Below are positions 37,861 to 50,553 of a stretch of DNA of 64,000 nt, piece after piece. A program made the position numbers and the translations under genes. The DNA is from Octopus sinensis (Eukaryota): positions 8,680,001-8,744,000 of the forward strand of contig NC_043014.1 of assembly GCF_006345805.1 (NCBI RefSeq), written 5' to 3'. Below the pieces are notes generated by a model. That model had not been told where the DNA came from and made no database searches. It saw only the letters and a list, made by a program, of their open reading frames with translations. Position 1 is the first letter of the stretch. Every line of letters begins with the position of its first letter.

Positions 37861-39152
37861 ATATATATACATATATATATATTTATGTATATACCAAATC
37901 CGCTCACAAGGCTTTGGTCAGCTGAGGCTATAGTAGAAGACATTTGCCCAAGCTGCCATGCAGTGGAACTGAACCTGGAACCATGTAGTTGGGAGGCAAG
38001 CTTCTTACCACACAGCCACACCAGTAACTTAATCTTGTGTCATCTCATAGCTTCAAAATTTTGATGATATGATTGCATATTTTTTAGAATGACACTGTAG
38101 GGTCGACGTTAGAGGCTAGAACTGGCTGTTTTGAGCAGAAAATAGTGAGAATATTTGGGTCAGCTATGGCTGGTTCGAATGCTGAAGGGTTATGCCAGCA
38201 GAGAAAGGGGTGTGAATAGTAGAATATCAGAACTAGTTATTTCATGCAACAAATTTTGGAGTCTCGTACATGTAAATTCACAACCATTATGAAATCAAGT
38301 GCACTGTTAATATTCCCTGGGTCCATGAAATAAATAATAGTACAGTTATGCAGGATGGGGCTGGCCAGATTGGAGCAATCTTGAGTATAACCAGCCGAAA
38401 TTGCAAAGATAATCTGGAACTCAACTGAGGAAACAAAACTTCGAATGACCCGCCATGTTTTTTCTTGTCTCTTTTTTGTATACCTTTATATATATATAAT
38501 GTGTGTGTCTATATATATGTCTATATATGTATATATATATATAGGTGTGTGTGTCACCTTCGAAACATGCTGGAGTTGAACTAGAGACAGCTGATGAAGG
38601 GGAATTTTCCTTGTGTAGTTTGTCTTGTACTCTGTTTTTTCGTTGTTAAAAAAGGTCCGTTTCCATGTTTGTTTTTACGTTTTCGTTTCTCATTGAGTTC
38701 TACGTCTATTTGTGGTGTCCTGTACTCACGTATATATATATTTATATATGCATGTATATATACATGTAGATGTAGGTACGTACATATATGTATGCATATC
38801 ATCATCATTTAGCGTCCGTTCTCCATGCTAGCATGGGTTGGACGGTTCAACTGGGGTCTGTGAAGCTGGAAGGCTTCATCAGGCCCAGTCAGATCTGGCT
38901 GGATGCCCTTCCTAATGCATATATTTTATTTATTACACTATATATATATATATAGTAAGAGGAGGGGTATAATATTCAGGCAGATACTGAATTTCTCTAT
39001 GTAAAATGCCAAGGCTGGTTCCTTCATATGGTATAATGATGGTTTTGATAGTTATAATTAATGCGATTGAAATACGTGTTGGACAATTATTATGAATAAA
39101 CAAACTGTAAATAGACAAAGTTTGTTCAAATTCTTCATTCTCCTTATTATCA

Positions 39153-39187
<35 letters not shown>

Positions 39188-39272
39188 TATATATGGATAT
39201 ATATTTGAAAAATTATAATATATAATGATTATATGTTATTCTGTCTTTAAATTATATGTTAGTGTTTTGGCG

Positions 39273-39329
39273 TAGCCACTGATGAAAACTTTGCCTAGCT
39301 AATTAGAGTTTGAAACCTAGGTATTGCTG
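39273..39329 (+). ncRNA. Type I hammerhead motif
   Basis: uagcca CUGAUGA aaacu...aguuu GAAA ccuagg UA uugcug, with palindrome ACCUAGGU. Confidence 0.72.
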
Positions 39330-39995
39330 TAAAAAACAAGGTAAAACTTTTTATTCTTCATTCCCTTCGAAATTGCTCTTAAATGTGGTTTTGGACATTT
39401 TCACTGCTCCTTCTAGCGTGTAAGACTGCCTGTTAAGGGTCGCTTCCTTTGTGTTTAAATGTACACTAATTTTTATATATATATATATGGTATCACATAA
39501 AAAGCACCCAAACCACTCTGAGGTGGTTGGTATCAGGAAAGGCATCCAGCTGTGAAAAGAACCATGCCAAAACAGTGAAGCATCTTGCAGTTCTCAAGCT
39601 TATCAGCTCCTGTAAAACTATCCAATCCAGGCCAGCGTGGAAGACAGATGTTAAATGATGGTGATGATGAGGATGATGATAAGATAGAGAGATATTCGTC
39701 CAAAGTAGTGGACTGGTTGTATAAAAGGAGCGTTGCATGGGATGTCTTGCAGCTGTAGGTTCCAGATCTTTGCACCGTGATAGAAACCCCCGTCGTATTA
39801 CTGATACCAAAGCTGTACTGCACAGACTTTTACCTTGGACATCGTTGGTTGTGTGGATTGAGGAATCTTGTGTGCATGAAGAACTGCAAGTCAACAACAA
39901 CAACAACAACAACAAAAAGCACCACACACACTAACCCAGAGTCATGTGTTAGAGATGAACTTTCCAAGTAAAGAAACTCACCATAAGCCAGGGGC

Positions 39996-40634
39996 CAGTG
40001 GCAGACTGGGTCTAAAAATATTGGTTGCCAGGAGACTAAGGGGCCCCACCTGCAACTACAATGCTATCATTTAATCTTTTCTTTTTTATTCAAAGTATTC
40101 TTTTCAAGTGTCTACAAATACAGCCAGAGTGGAGGCGCAATGGCTAGGGCAGCGGACTCGCGGTTTCGATTCCCAGACCGGGCGTTGTGAGTGTTTATTG
40201 AGCGAAAACACCTAAAGCTCCACGAGGCTCCGGCAGGGGATGGTGGTGATCCCTACTGTACTCTTTCACTACAACTTTCTCTCACTCTTACTTCCTGTTT
40301 CTGTTGTACCTGTATTTCAAAGGGCCGGCCTTGTCACTCTGTGTCACGTTGAATATCCCTGAGAGCTACGTTAAGGGTACACGTGTCTGTGGAGTGCTCA
40401 GCCACTTACACGTTAATTTCACGAGCAGGCTGTTCCGTTGATCGAATCAACCGGAACCCTTGCCGTCGTAACCGACGGAGTGCTTCCATCCATCCAAACA
40501 CAGCCAGGCTGAAATAATTAATGCATTCTTCCAGAAGTGAATAAAAAGTTCTCTAACTTGAGGGAGGAAGGCCCCTTAGACACTAACACGGGCTTCCATA
40601 TATGGATTCTGGCAACCCGGCCAGTCCGCCACTG
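39996..40634. mobile_element. hAT-like MITE with nested SINE
   Basis: Terminal inverted repeats CAGTGGCAGACTGG / CCAGTCCGCCACTG and subterminal GGCCCC motifs. A SINE is inserted at 40129-40488. Confidence 0.55.
40129..40488 (+). mobile_element. tRNA-derived SINE family B with target-site duplication
   Basis: Flanked by AAATACAGCCAG / AAACACAGCCAG. Confidence 0.8.
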
Positions 40635-42768
40635 GCCATGACCAAACAGGAGTATGGACACAAATAAATACACACAAATAAATCAACAAAATTCAGTACA
40701 CTACAAGTATAAGTTTTTAAACAAAAATATTTATATTTAAATAAAAGTCAAACTGCCAGAGAGTTTGTTTAAATAAAATAGTCATTATTACTATATTGGT
40801 AGTTATAAAGTTGATATAATGACAACAACAACAAGAATGAGAACCTGATCAAACAAATATTTAAGTGTTCACTCGTTTACATTTTAACTTTAAATATCAT
40901 TGTGACCAAAGTTTGTTTTAAAGTCTGTCTGAGATTTATCAAATAAATACCAGTAATACACTGGAGTTTTGATTTAGTCCACTGCTCTCCGTCCCTTAAG
41001 GATTCTTACTCTTGTTCCAATGTAAATCTCAACCATTACTTTCATGAAAGGTAAGAAAGATTTTTGGCGCCAGTTGTCTTTGCACCAAACTGATAGTTTC
41101 TTCATCTGTATCTTACCTCAAAATTGAACTCTCACAAGGAAGGTTGGGAGCAGGGTGGGGGGCTACTTGTTCTTCGTTACTCTAAAATAAATACCAGTAA
41201 TATCCTAGTTTGGTTTATAATTAATTTTACACACTCACCTTACAAAATATTAATTATCATTGTGATCAGATCTGATGAGAAATATCTGTTCCCCCTGTTA
41301 CCACTCGCAGGACCTTTAAAATTAATATCAGTTATATACTGAGGTGAAATCACTGATGTATAAACTTTCACTACAAACTGGTCAGTATGAGGGTCAACAT
41401 AATCTACACATCATCCCACCCCTTCCAACACTAAACATTCTGGCCTCGTCTTATGCTTTTGGCAGACTCTTTAGAACATTGAACAAAATAACCTATGTAC
41501 ATATTTTGGCTCTTTATAAACTTTTGAGTTTGTATTCTGTCAAGGACAATTCCGCCTTCATTCCTTTAGAGGTTTCATAAAATAAAGAACGAGCCAAGTA
41601 CTTGTAAAAATATAATCAATCAATCAATCCTCTCTCCAACAAACTGCTAGCTTGCCTTGTGCCTTAACAAAAAACTAACATCAGGCAGTGAAGGTGTAGA
41701 ACAGCAGAGAGTTGAAAAGAATGACAATTTCCAAGTGTTAGTTGTGCTTCTCTGGCAAACGACTTCGCCTGACACGGTGTGTTAAAACTGTAGCAATTAC
41801 ATGATGGAAGAATTATTGTAGCCATTTAAAAACACTTAAAAATGATAAATTTACTTTCTATTTCTATCTTGAGGGGTCAAAATTTATTTTTGTCACATAA
41901 CTGCAACATGGTTGCTATGACACCCAAAGAAATAAAAGTGAATTTAACAGATTTCCTGTTTTATTTTTTTTTAAAGATGGCTAAAATATCTCTTTCATGA
42001 TGCAATATTTAATTCTGTGCAAATCCTGCGAAGGATATATTCGCTTTTCATCCCTCCACGATCATTAAAGCACATACCAGTTATATATTGGTATTAATTT
42101 AACAACACACCTTTCCAAAAATGTATGTTTTTTTTTTTTTCAATTAATGTTAAAAATGCTTCTTCTCATTATTATTATTATTATTTTTATGGAAGGCAGC
42201 AAGCTATCATAGCCATCACGGTGCCAGACAAAATGCTTACAGACATTTCTTGTTCGAATGCCGTCAGAGTCAACTTTGCCTTTCATCCTTTCGGGGGCCA
42301 ATAGAATAAGTACCAGTTGAACACTGGGGTCGATATAACCGACTTATCCCTGTCCCAGAATTGCTAGCCTAGTGCCAAAATTTGAAACCATTGTTAATTA
42401 CTATTATTATTTCAACAGGCTAATTGCAAGCCAATTATTTATGCTGAACAAGTCATAAAAGAACAATTAACAAACTCCTCAGATTTTCTTCCTTCTTATA
42501 TAATTCCAAGAACCTTCCTCAGAATCTGAGCCGTTTCTAACAGTGCCATCTACCAAAGAAATTCTTTACATATTGCAATTCCTTACTTCACATCCCATGT
42601 TTTTATTTTAGTGGTGACTGTCCCTCAAGGCACCCATAACTGTTATTTTAATTCTTCTTATTATTGTTATTATTGACAAAGTAGCAGTCGGGTACTGGGA
42701 GTCAATGGTATAAACTAAGCCCCTCCCTCAAAACCGTTGGCTTTGTGTCTTTATTATTATTATTTTTA

Positions 42769-42799
<31 letters not shown>

Positions 42800-43056
42800 T
42801 ATGTGACTTAGAGTGAAGAATAAATACAGTAATCTCTACATATAGCCATGGGAAGCTTGGGTTTCACATAGAGATAATCCAAAGTCTTGTTTGTATGATC
42901 CATGAAAAGCAGTTAAAAAGTCAAAGGAGAATCAGTCTTCCTGTTTTTCCCCAATTCCTCCGCAGTAGAATTCCAGCATTTGATGCACAATCGCATGAGC
43001 ATCGACGAAGGAACATGACAGTTGATGAGAAGAAATAACATTTGGTGAAAATCATG

Positions 43057-45627
43057 TCAAAGAAACGAGGCTTGACCAATTATATTCTTCAGTTCATTGG
43101 CAACTCTAAATACCTCTTTGACTCGATTGACCATGTCCTGCACTGCCGGCACAGATGGATAATATATTGCAGCTGTTTTAGTAGCTGCGACTGTTGATTT
43201 GAGATTGTTGCACAGTAGCGTTGTGCAGTGCATGATGCGATTGCGGAAGTCGGTGTCCATTAAATTCCGATGAAGCGTGTCGCCGATGTACACCATTTTC
43301 GTGGCGGACAACACAACAAATTTGCTGTTGGAAATAAACACTTTTGGAGTTTGGATGCTGTCGATGCAGTTGTAGAAAGCCTCGATGGAGTTGTTGAGTA
43401 ACGTATAGTGCGTGTTCATCTGTTCCGAGTAATAAAGCAAAACTTGCCGGTCGTTGGGGGCCAAGCGCTTCATATAGAAATTGTTCTCGGATACAAGACC
43501 CCCATTTACGTTTGAGTTGTAACCTGAGACATCAGTGTTGCTTGGGGTATTCACTGGTGTCTTTAGCTCCTGGTCAAAATCTATTTCAAGGGACTTCGAT
43601 AACGATACATAATCAAGTCCTCGGCTGATGTCCTGAACCTCTTTTGAATACTCTGTTGAATTAGCCAATGTCAACGATGAATCAACATCTGATCGGTTGT
43701 TGATCTCTTTGGTCCCCGTGGAAAGATTTAAGAGGCTATTTGACCCTAATTGCATAGAGTTGATGGCTGCTTCTAATGAGGATACAGGGTCGTTAAGCTT
43801 ATTTGGTTCAGATTTTTCATTGCCCTTTTGAGATTGTTTTGAAGGGACATCTGTTGAAGGGGTCACTACTTTATCAGGGCTTGGGTCCCGTGTTTCCAGT
43901 TGAACATAATCATATTCCAGAAAGTCTAAGGAGTCTGGGTCCTCCTTCTTGGAGACGTTTATTATCACAGGTGACCTTTTTGAAGGTATCGTATCTGGCT
44001 TGGTCAGCAACGTCAGCTGGGAAGGAGTAGGAGGGAGTGGCCGGTTGACTGGGGGTGGAGGAGGGAGAGGGCGGTTCTGAACACTGCCGCTACTGTGACG
44101 GCGACCATGGATACTCCTTGAGAATGCCTCCATGCTTCCAATACTACCTGACTTGGTCGGCACTGGTACTACTATACTATCAGTTTTGTTGAAATCCGTT
44201 TGAGATCCAGAAATGTCAGAATTCTTGAAGAGAAGCACAGAGTTTCCCTGAATAAACGAGGCAAGGTTGCGGACGTCAATCGTAAGCGTTTTGGAAAGGT
44301 TGGCGATCTTTCCTAAATCGTCGTCCTTAGCACCGTTGCTGCTCACCAGCAGATTTATCTGCCACTGGATTGCAGAAAGATTCCTGATGCTAAGCAAAAT
44401 CTGTTGTAAGGCCTGCTGAAGAGGCGTCAGCAACTTGTACAGTTTATTCACAAGTTTACGGTCACATTTGCTGACAGAATTTGCTAGAGTACCCTCAGCA
44501 AATTCTACAAAGTCAGCCAAAGACATCTGCATGTTATCGGCAGCTGCTCTAATGTCATGGAGATTTGGTTCCAAATTATTTCTCTGGCGCCAAGAACTAC
44601 TGATAAAGGGCGACATTTTGTTGATGGCTCTCAGGACATCTTGCTGTCTCTTGACCAGCAGATCCATAGCCACATCTTGTGCGAGTGGAAGTTCATTGTA
44701 AATGGGGATGTCGGAGCCCCGTGACCCCGTGCTACAGGAAGAGAGTCGGCCGGCATCTTGACCATCTGAAGAATCGGATTTGGCAGAAATCAAAGAGTCA
44801 CGAGTCACTTGTGGAGGAATATCATAAACAGAAGATGCAGCTGTAATTATTGGCTTGTTATGAGGTGACGCAGCATTTGTCTTTTTACCAACAGGTGGTG
44901 TTGCAGTTGTCGCACCTGGAATTTTCTTTGGCTCATTGTTTGAACCTGCATTTTTAGGTGTGTCATAGAGTTCTCCAAGATCCTGTTCAAATGCGAGGGA
45001 TGGCATATCAAAGTTGTTGGACGGTGGTTCAACAGGGGGCAGATCGTAATCTTCAAATGCTGACTTGGGGACATCATAGTCATCCATGATTGCTGAATTG
45101 GAAGGTGATGGCGATGTCTTTGTATGCGAGGGTGGAGTATCATACAAGTCTAGAACTGAGTCAAACTGTTGCTTTAAGTTATGAGGAAGATGGTCAGGTG
45201 GAACGTCGTAAACAGCAGAAGCGTCCAGACTGGACCGAGCAGAATCGCAGAGGCTGGATGTGTTTGATGATCGTGGAAGACTCTGGTTAGATGCACTGCT
45301 GGATAAAGTCATAGTGGACTCGGTTGATTTGAAAGATGCCATGCTTGATCGGTTAGATGGCGGCACATCATAGGTGTCACAGTCGTTTGAAAGGAAACTT
45401 TTAAAAGAACTGTCTGCCGGTAGAGACGTTGAAGGATAATTGCAGATAGACTGATCTGGTGACTGGTCGAACCTTCTCTCTTTTGGAGTGTCATAGTTGG
45501 CTTGCAGATCAGAGTTGGAATCTGATTTGCCAATCGACTGTGGTGGAGGTACATCATAATCTTCCGGAGTGTGCCGAGCAGGTGGGTGGTCATATGTTGG
45601 GCCTCCAGGGTCAGCTTGTTGACCAAC
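43057..45627 (-). CDS. BCAR1: Cas-family adaptor (BCAR1/p130Cas-like), terminal coding exon: YDxP substrate domain, serine-rich helical bundle, Src-binding region, C-terminal FAT-like domain
   Basis: 856-codon open frame after a TTTTCCAG|GTT acceptor. Ten YDxP motifs, two RPLPP motifs, EYDYVQL (human YDYVHL) and C-terminal KFVVLSATKMVYIGDTL typical of Cas proteins. TGA stop at 43057-43059. Phase is compatible with direct splicing to the SH3 exon. Confidence 0.93.
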   Translation of the reverse strand, partial: VGQQADPGGPTYDHPPARHTPEDYDVPPPQSIGKSDSNSDLQANYDTPKERRFDQSPDQSICNYPSTSLPADSSFKSFLSNDCDTYDVPPSNRSSMASFKSTESTMTLSSSASNQSLPRSSNTSSLCDSARSSLDASAVYDVPPDHLPHNLKQQFDSVLDLYDTPPSHTKTSPSPSNSAIMDDYDVPKSAFEDYDLPPVEPPSNNFDMPSLAFEQDLGELYDTPKNAGSNNEPKKIPGATTATPPVGKKTNAASPHNKPIITAASSVYDIPPQVTRDSLISAKSDSSDGQDAGRLSSCSTGSRGSDIPIYNELPLAQDVAMDLLVKRQQDVLRAINKMSPFISSSWRQRNNLEPNLHDIRAAADNMQMSLADFVEFAEGTLANSVSKCDRKLVNKLYKLLTPLQQALQQILLSIRNLSAIQWQINLLVSSNGAKDDDLGKIANLSKTLTIDVRNLASFIQGNSVLLFKNSDISGSQTDFNKTDSIVVPVPTKSGSIGSMEAFSRSIHGRRHSSGSVQNRPLPPPPPVNRPLPPTPSQLTLLTKPDTIPSKRSPVIINVSKKEDPDSLDFLEYDYVQLETRDPSPDKVVTPSTDVPSKQSQKGNEKSEPNKLNDPVSSLEAAINSMQLGSNSLLNLSTGTKEINNRSDVDSSLTLANSTEYSKEVQDISRGLDYVSLSKSLEIDFDQELKTPVNTPSNTDVSGYNSNVNGGLVSENNFYMKRLAPNDRQVLLYYSEQMNTHYTLLNNSIEAFYNCIDSIQTPKVFISNSKFVVLSATKMVYIGDTLHRNLMDTDFRNRIMHCTTLLCNNLKSTVAATKTAAIYYPSVPAVQDMVNRVKEVFRVANELKNIIGQASFL

Positions 45628-46524
45628 CTGGAAAATAAAAAAAAAATAAAAAGAATTATTAAATTTTTCTGAATGGTTATAAAATAACAAGCAATAAAAT
45701 AATTTTAAAATCTGTTTTAAAGTTTGGAAACTGTACTGAGGGCCTTAAAGGGGAAAAACTCCCTTTAGTCATGAATGAACATGGGATTGCGCCTAGAAAG
45801 TTACCCTTTGAGGCATAAGTAGGGGCAAGGTTGTTTATGGAAGACAGCAAACGCCTGCCCATGCATACCAGCCCCTCCTCTCCACACCACTGATGTTATC
45901 CAAGGGAAAAGCAAAGGCTGGTACAGCTTGGCACCAGTGATGTTGCAACTCATTTCTACAGATGAGCAAACTGGAGCAACATGAAATAAAGTGTCTTGCT
46001 CAAGAACACAACACAGCCCAGCCTTGGAATCAAACTCACTATCTATTGATTGTGAGCCCAATGATCTAACCATGGAGCCATATGCCTGGGCCTTAATTAC
46101 ATGTCAACTGTGTGTGTGTGTGTGTCTGTGTGTAAATACAAAATGGGACAACAACACATCCAGATAGGCAATACAATGAAAACAAGGATGGGTCATTTGG
46201 AGTTTTCTTTCCTCAGTCAAGTACCACATTATCTTCGCAATTTCAGGTGATTATACTTGAGATTGCTCTAATCTGGCTAGCCCCAAAGAAAAACTAAGCT
46301 AAGAGCATTAGATTCCTTGGGAGAAAGCAGCGAATGTATACGAAAACAAGGACGGAAAAAGGGACGATGTTACACAAATACAATAAAAACAATAACAGGA
46401 CATATATATATATATATACATTTATATATATATAGGAGAGTTTACGAAAAAAACAAAAGACGAAGACAGGTGGTGTACAAAACAAACAGATGTATTAGTA
46501 TAACGCTCAGGAATAGAAAAAAGT

Positions 46525-46560
46525 CTTTTACGTTTCGAGCCTACGCTCTTCTACAGAAAG
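46525..46560 (-). ncRNA. Hammerhead-like motif (family 2, CUGUAGA core)
   Basis: cuuu CUGUAGA a gagc-guag-gcuc GAAA cg UA aaag. Related copies at 10819-10854, 23185-23220 and 55784-55819. Confidence 0.55.
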
Positions 46561-47329
46561 GGACACAGAAAAAATAAGGAGAGAAAAAAAATGTGTGTAG
46601 TGGCTAATGATCTATCATGGCAACTGACTTGGACAAGACCAGAGACCTTGAAAACTGTAGTTAATCTTTTTTTAATATCTAACAATGCCAAGCAAAGATA
46701 GGACATCTTTAGCACCCAACAAATCCACCTCTACTGAGATGATGTAAGAGACAACTCACCAGCCTATGGAGAAAAAGAGGGCTTTAGAAAGGGCAATAGG
46801 AAATGAGAGGGAGAGAGAGAGGGGCGGTAAGATAACAAGCCATAGATAGGCAAGCACACATACACACACACAGCAACTTGATGAATAAGAAGTAAAACAG
46901 TGGTAGGACTAATGAGACCAAGCACAGTAGAATGACTTAACACCATCATCGCTGAAGCAGAAGACAAAAAGGAAGTGGAAAAAATAGGAAAAGAGGATCA
47001 AATTCCCCAAAGCTTACTCATGACGGTGGGGGGCAGGGTGGTGGTGGAAACAAACCAGCACAGAAATATAATAATAATAATAATGGTGTCAAATTTTGCC
47101 ACAGGGGCAGCTATTTTGGGAGAAAGGGATGTGTCAATTACATTTACCCCAGTACGCAACTGGTACTTAATTTATCGACTCCGAAAGGATGAAAGGCAAA
47201 GTCGACCTTGGCAGAATTTGAACTCGGAATGTAGTGCCAGATGAAATACTACTAAGCATTTCACCCAGCGTGCTAATGATTCTGCCAGCACACCGCCTTA
47301 ATAATAATAATGTTAATAATAATGGTGTT

Positions 47330-47910
47330 AAATTTTGCCACAAGGGCAGCTATTTTGGGGGAAGGGGATATGTCGATTGCACTGACCCCTGTGTTCAACT
47401 GGTACTTAATTCATTGGCCCCCGAAAGGATGAAAGACAAAGTCGACCTCGGCAGAATTTGAACTCAGAACGTAGTGGCAGAAGAAATACTTATTTTTTTA
47501 CTACCCACAAGGGGCTAAACACAGAGGGGACAAACAAGGACAGGCAAATGGATTAAGTCTATTACATCGATCCAAGTGCGTAACTGGTACTTAATTTATT
47601 GGCCCCCGAAAGGATGAAAGGTAAAGTCGACCTCGGCAGAATTTGAACTCAGAACGTAGCGGCAGAAGAAATACTTATTTTTTTACTACCCACAAGGGGC
47701 TAAACACAGAGGGGACAAACAAGGACAGGCAAATGGATTAAGTCTATTACATCGATCCAAGTGCGTAACTGGTACTTAATTTATTGACCCCCCGAAAGGA
47801 TGAAAGGTAAAGTCGACCTCGGCAGAATTTGAACTCAGAATGTAGCGGCAGACGAAATACGGCTACGCATTTCGCCCGGCGTGCTAACGCTTCTGCCAGC
47901 TCGCCGCCTT
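47330..47910 (-). mobile_element. SINE family C, head plus tandem internal units
   Basis: Head GGCGGCGAGCTGGCAGAA near 47908, followed by repeated core-tail units. Confidence 0.75.
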
Positions 47911-48233
47911 GATAATAATAATAATAATATTTTTATCTGTCACAAAAGGATAGATGAGGGGATAGACATTACAAGGACAAATTACAAAAAAGGTAGTGGT
48001 GTCAGAGGGGGTTATACAGAAACAAATATGAGAAAATGGCCATGAAAACTAGTGTAAAATAATAATAATGATAATAATAATGATAATCTAAACGAAGGGA
48101 AGTGTATCCCGCAGAAAAGGGGGAAGTAAATGTCAGTGAAGCAAATTATATAAGAAGGATATCAGTTAGTGTCCCCTTCTCCCAAGGGGCAGCATTCAAG
48201 GAAAGGAACAGGAATGAGGGAGTAGTGCTTAGT

Positions 48234-49020
48234 CACATGTGCACTCACACGCATGTATATGTATGTATACACACATGCATGTATATGTATACACACACGC
48301 ATACATGTTTGTATACATATATATATACCCATTCACATATACATTTATATATATGTGCATACATACATATGTATTTACACACATAAGTATATGCATATAC
48401 ACATGTATACACACAAAAACACATATGTATGTTTACACTCACAAACACATACAAATGGCAGTGCCCCAGCATGGCCACAGCTCATGAGCTGCAACTAGAT
48501 GAAAATGATATATACATACATACACATATATATATACACATACATACACACACACACACACACATACACACATATATATACACATATACATACACACACA
48601 TATATATACACATATACACATATATATACACATACATACACACATATATACACATACATACACACATATATATACACATACATACACATATATAAATACA
48701 CATGCATACAAATATATACATACATACACATATATATACACATACATACACATAAATACACATGCATACACATATATTACACATACATACACATAAATAC
48801 ACATGCATACACATATATATACATACATACACATATATATATATATATATACACACACATATATATATATACACACACATATATATACACATATATATAT
48901 ACACTTACACACATATATATACACATACATACACATATATATACACACACACACATATATATACACACACACACATATATATATACATAGATACATACAT
49001 ACACACACACACACACATAC
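48234..49020. repeat. (TA/CA)n microsatellite
   Basis: Seen directly in the sequence. Confidence 0.9.
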
Positions 49021-49743
49021 AATACTATACAGATACCATCGAAATGGTATATATTTCAGCCAAATTCTTTAACTGTATTTCTTTAATGTACCTTCGAGGA
49101 TATGAAATTTGGAACCCTTTCTGATTTCCCACGGGATGTTTTAGCTCCCCAAGAGGAAGGGTAAACTGTTGAGGCTAAGTCATTAGGATAAGGGGACAAC
49201 CAGTTAAAGAGGCAGCAGATCCAAATATAGGAAAGAGTAAAAACACAGATTCTTATCCAGCCATCTGCATTATGTTAACTCTCACTGACTGAGTCTATGT
49301 AACTATAAATAGGTACCATAAGGAGGTTTAGAGACCACTATTGAGTACTGTCCCAAAGAGACTTTTGGGGAAAGTCTTGAAAAATCTTTGGAGAAATTTT
49401 GGAAATTTTCTGAAAAACTTTCTGGAATTTTAAACAAAGATTTCCAAGGGTTTCCTCATGGTTCGGGCAATCTATTATAATCTCATCCATTCACACTGCC
49501 TCAGCGGTTCATCATTTTCCCATTTTTCATCTTTAGCTTTCCGTTTCTCAATTGCTAATTGCTAATTTCTCAATTGTCACTTTCTCCTACTGATTCATTT
49601 CATTCCTCCTGTCATGTCCACAAGTGCCCTAACTCATACATATACTAACTTCCCTTAATTTTTCTAAGCTTAGTGTCCCCTGTTTCTTTCAGACACCACA
49701 TCCTACTCTTCCCGTTCACCTTCCTGGCCTTTTCTATTAACAG

Positions 49744-50553
49744 CTATTTCTTTACTACCCACAAGGGGCTAAACACAGAGGGGACAAACAAGGACAGACA
49801 AACGGATTAAGTCGATTATATCGACCCCAGTGTGTAACTGGTACTTATTTAATTGACACCAGTGCATAACTGGTACTTATTTATCGACCCTGAAAGGCAA
49901 AGTCGACCTCGGCGGATTTTGAACTCAGAACGTAGTGCCAGGAGAAATACCTATTTCTTTACTACCCACAAGGGGCTAAACACAGAGGGTACAAACAAGG
50001 ACAGACAAACGGGTTAAGTCGATTACATCGACCCCAGTGCGTAACTGGTACTTAATTTATCGACCCTGAAAGGATGAAAGCCAAAGTCGACCTCGGCGGA
50101 TTTTGAACTCAGAACGTAACAGCAGACGAAATACCTATTTCTTTACTACCCACAAGGGGCTAAACACAAAGGGGACAAATAAGGACAAGCAAATGGATTA
50201 AGTCGATTATATCGACCCCAGTGCGTAACTGGTACTTATTCAATCGACCCTGAAAGGATGAAAGGCTAAGTCGACTTTGGCTGAATTTGAACTCAGAACG
50301 TAACGGCAGACGAAATACCTATTTCTTTACTACCCATAAGGGGCTAAACACAGAGGGGACAAACAAGAACAGATAAAGGGATTAAGTCGATTATATCGAC
50401 CCCAGTGCCTAACTGGTACTTATTTAATCGACCCCCAAAAGGATGAAAGGCAAAGTCGATCTTGGCAGAATTTGAACTCAGAATGTAGCGGCAGACGAAA
50501 TACCACTAAGTACGTCGTCCGGCGTGCTAACGATTCTGCCAGCTTGCCGCCTT
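49744..50553 (-). mobile_element. SINE family C, one head plus four tandem core-tail units
   Basis: CTATTTCTTTACTACCC recurs at about 49744, 49951, 50135 and 50319. Single head at about 50550. Confidence 0.8.

Noticed and set aside
40700-43056. Possible long Cas 3' UTR with several minus-strand AATAAA signals
   Set aside because: The region is relatively repeat-poor, but the poly(A) site cannot be chosen without transcript data.
45628-45690. N-terminal MLFYNHSEKFNNSFYFFFIFQ of the 877-aa ORF
   Set aside because: Intronic polypyrimidine tract read through the acceptor, so not part of the protein.
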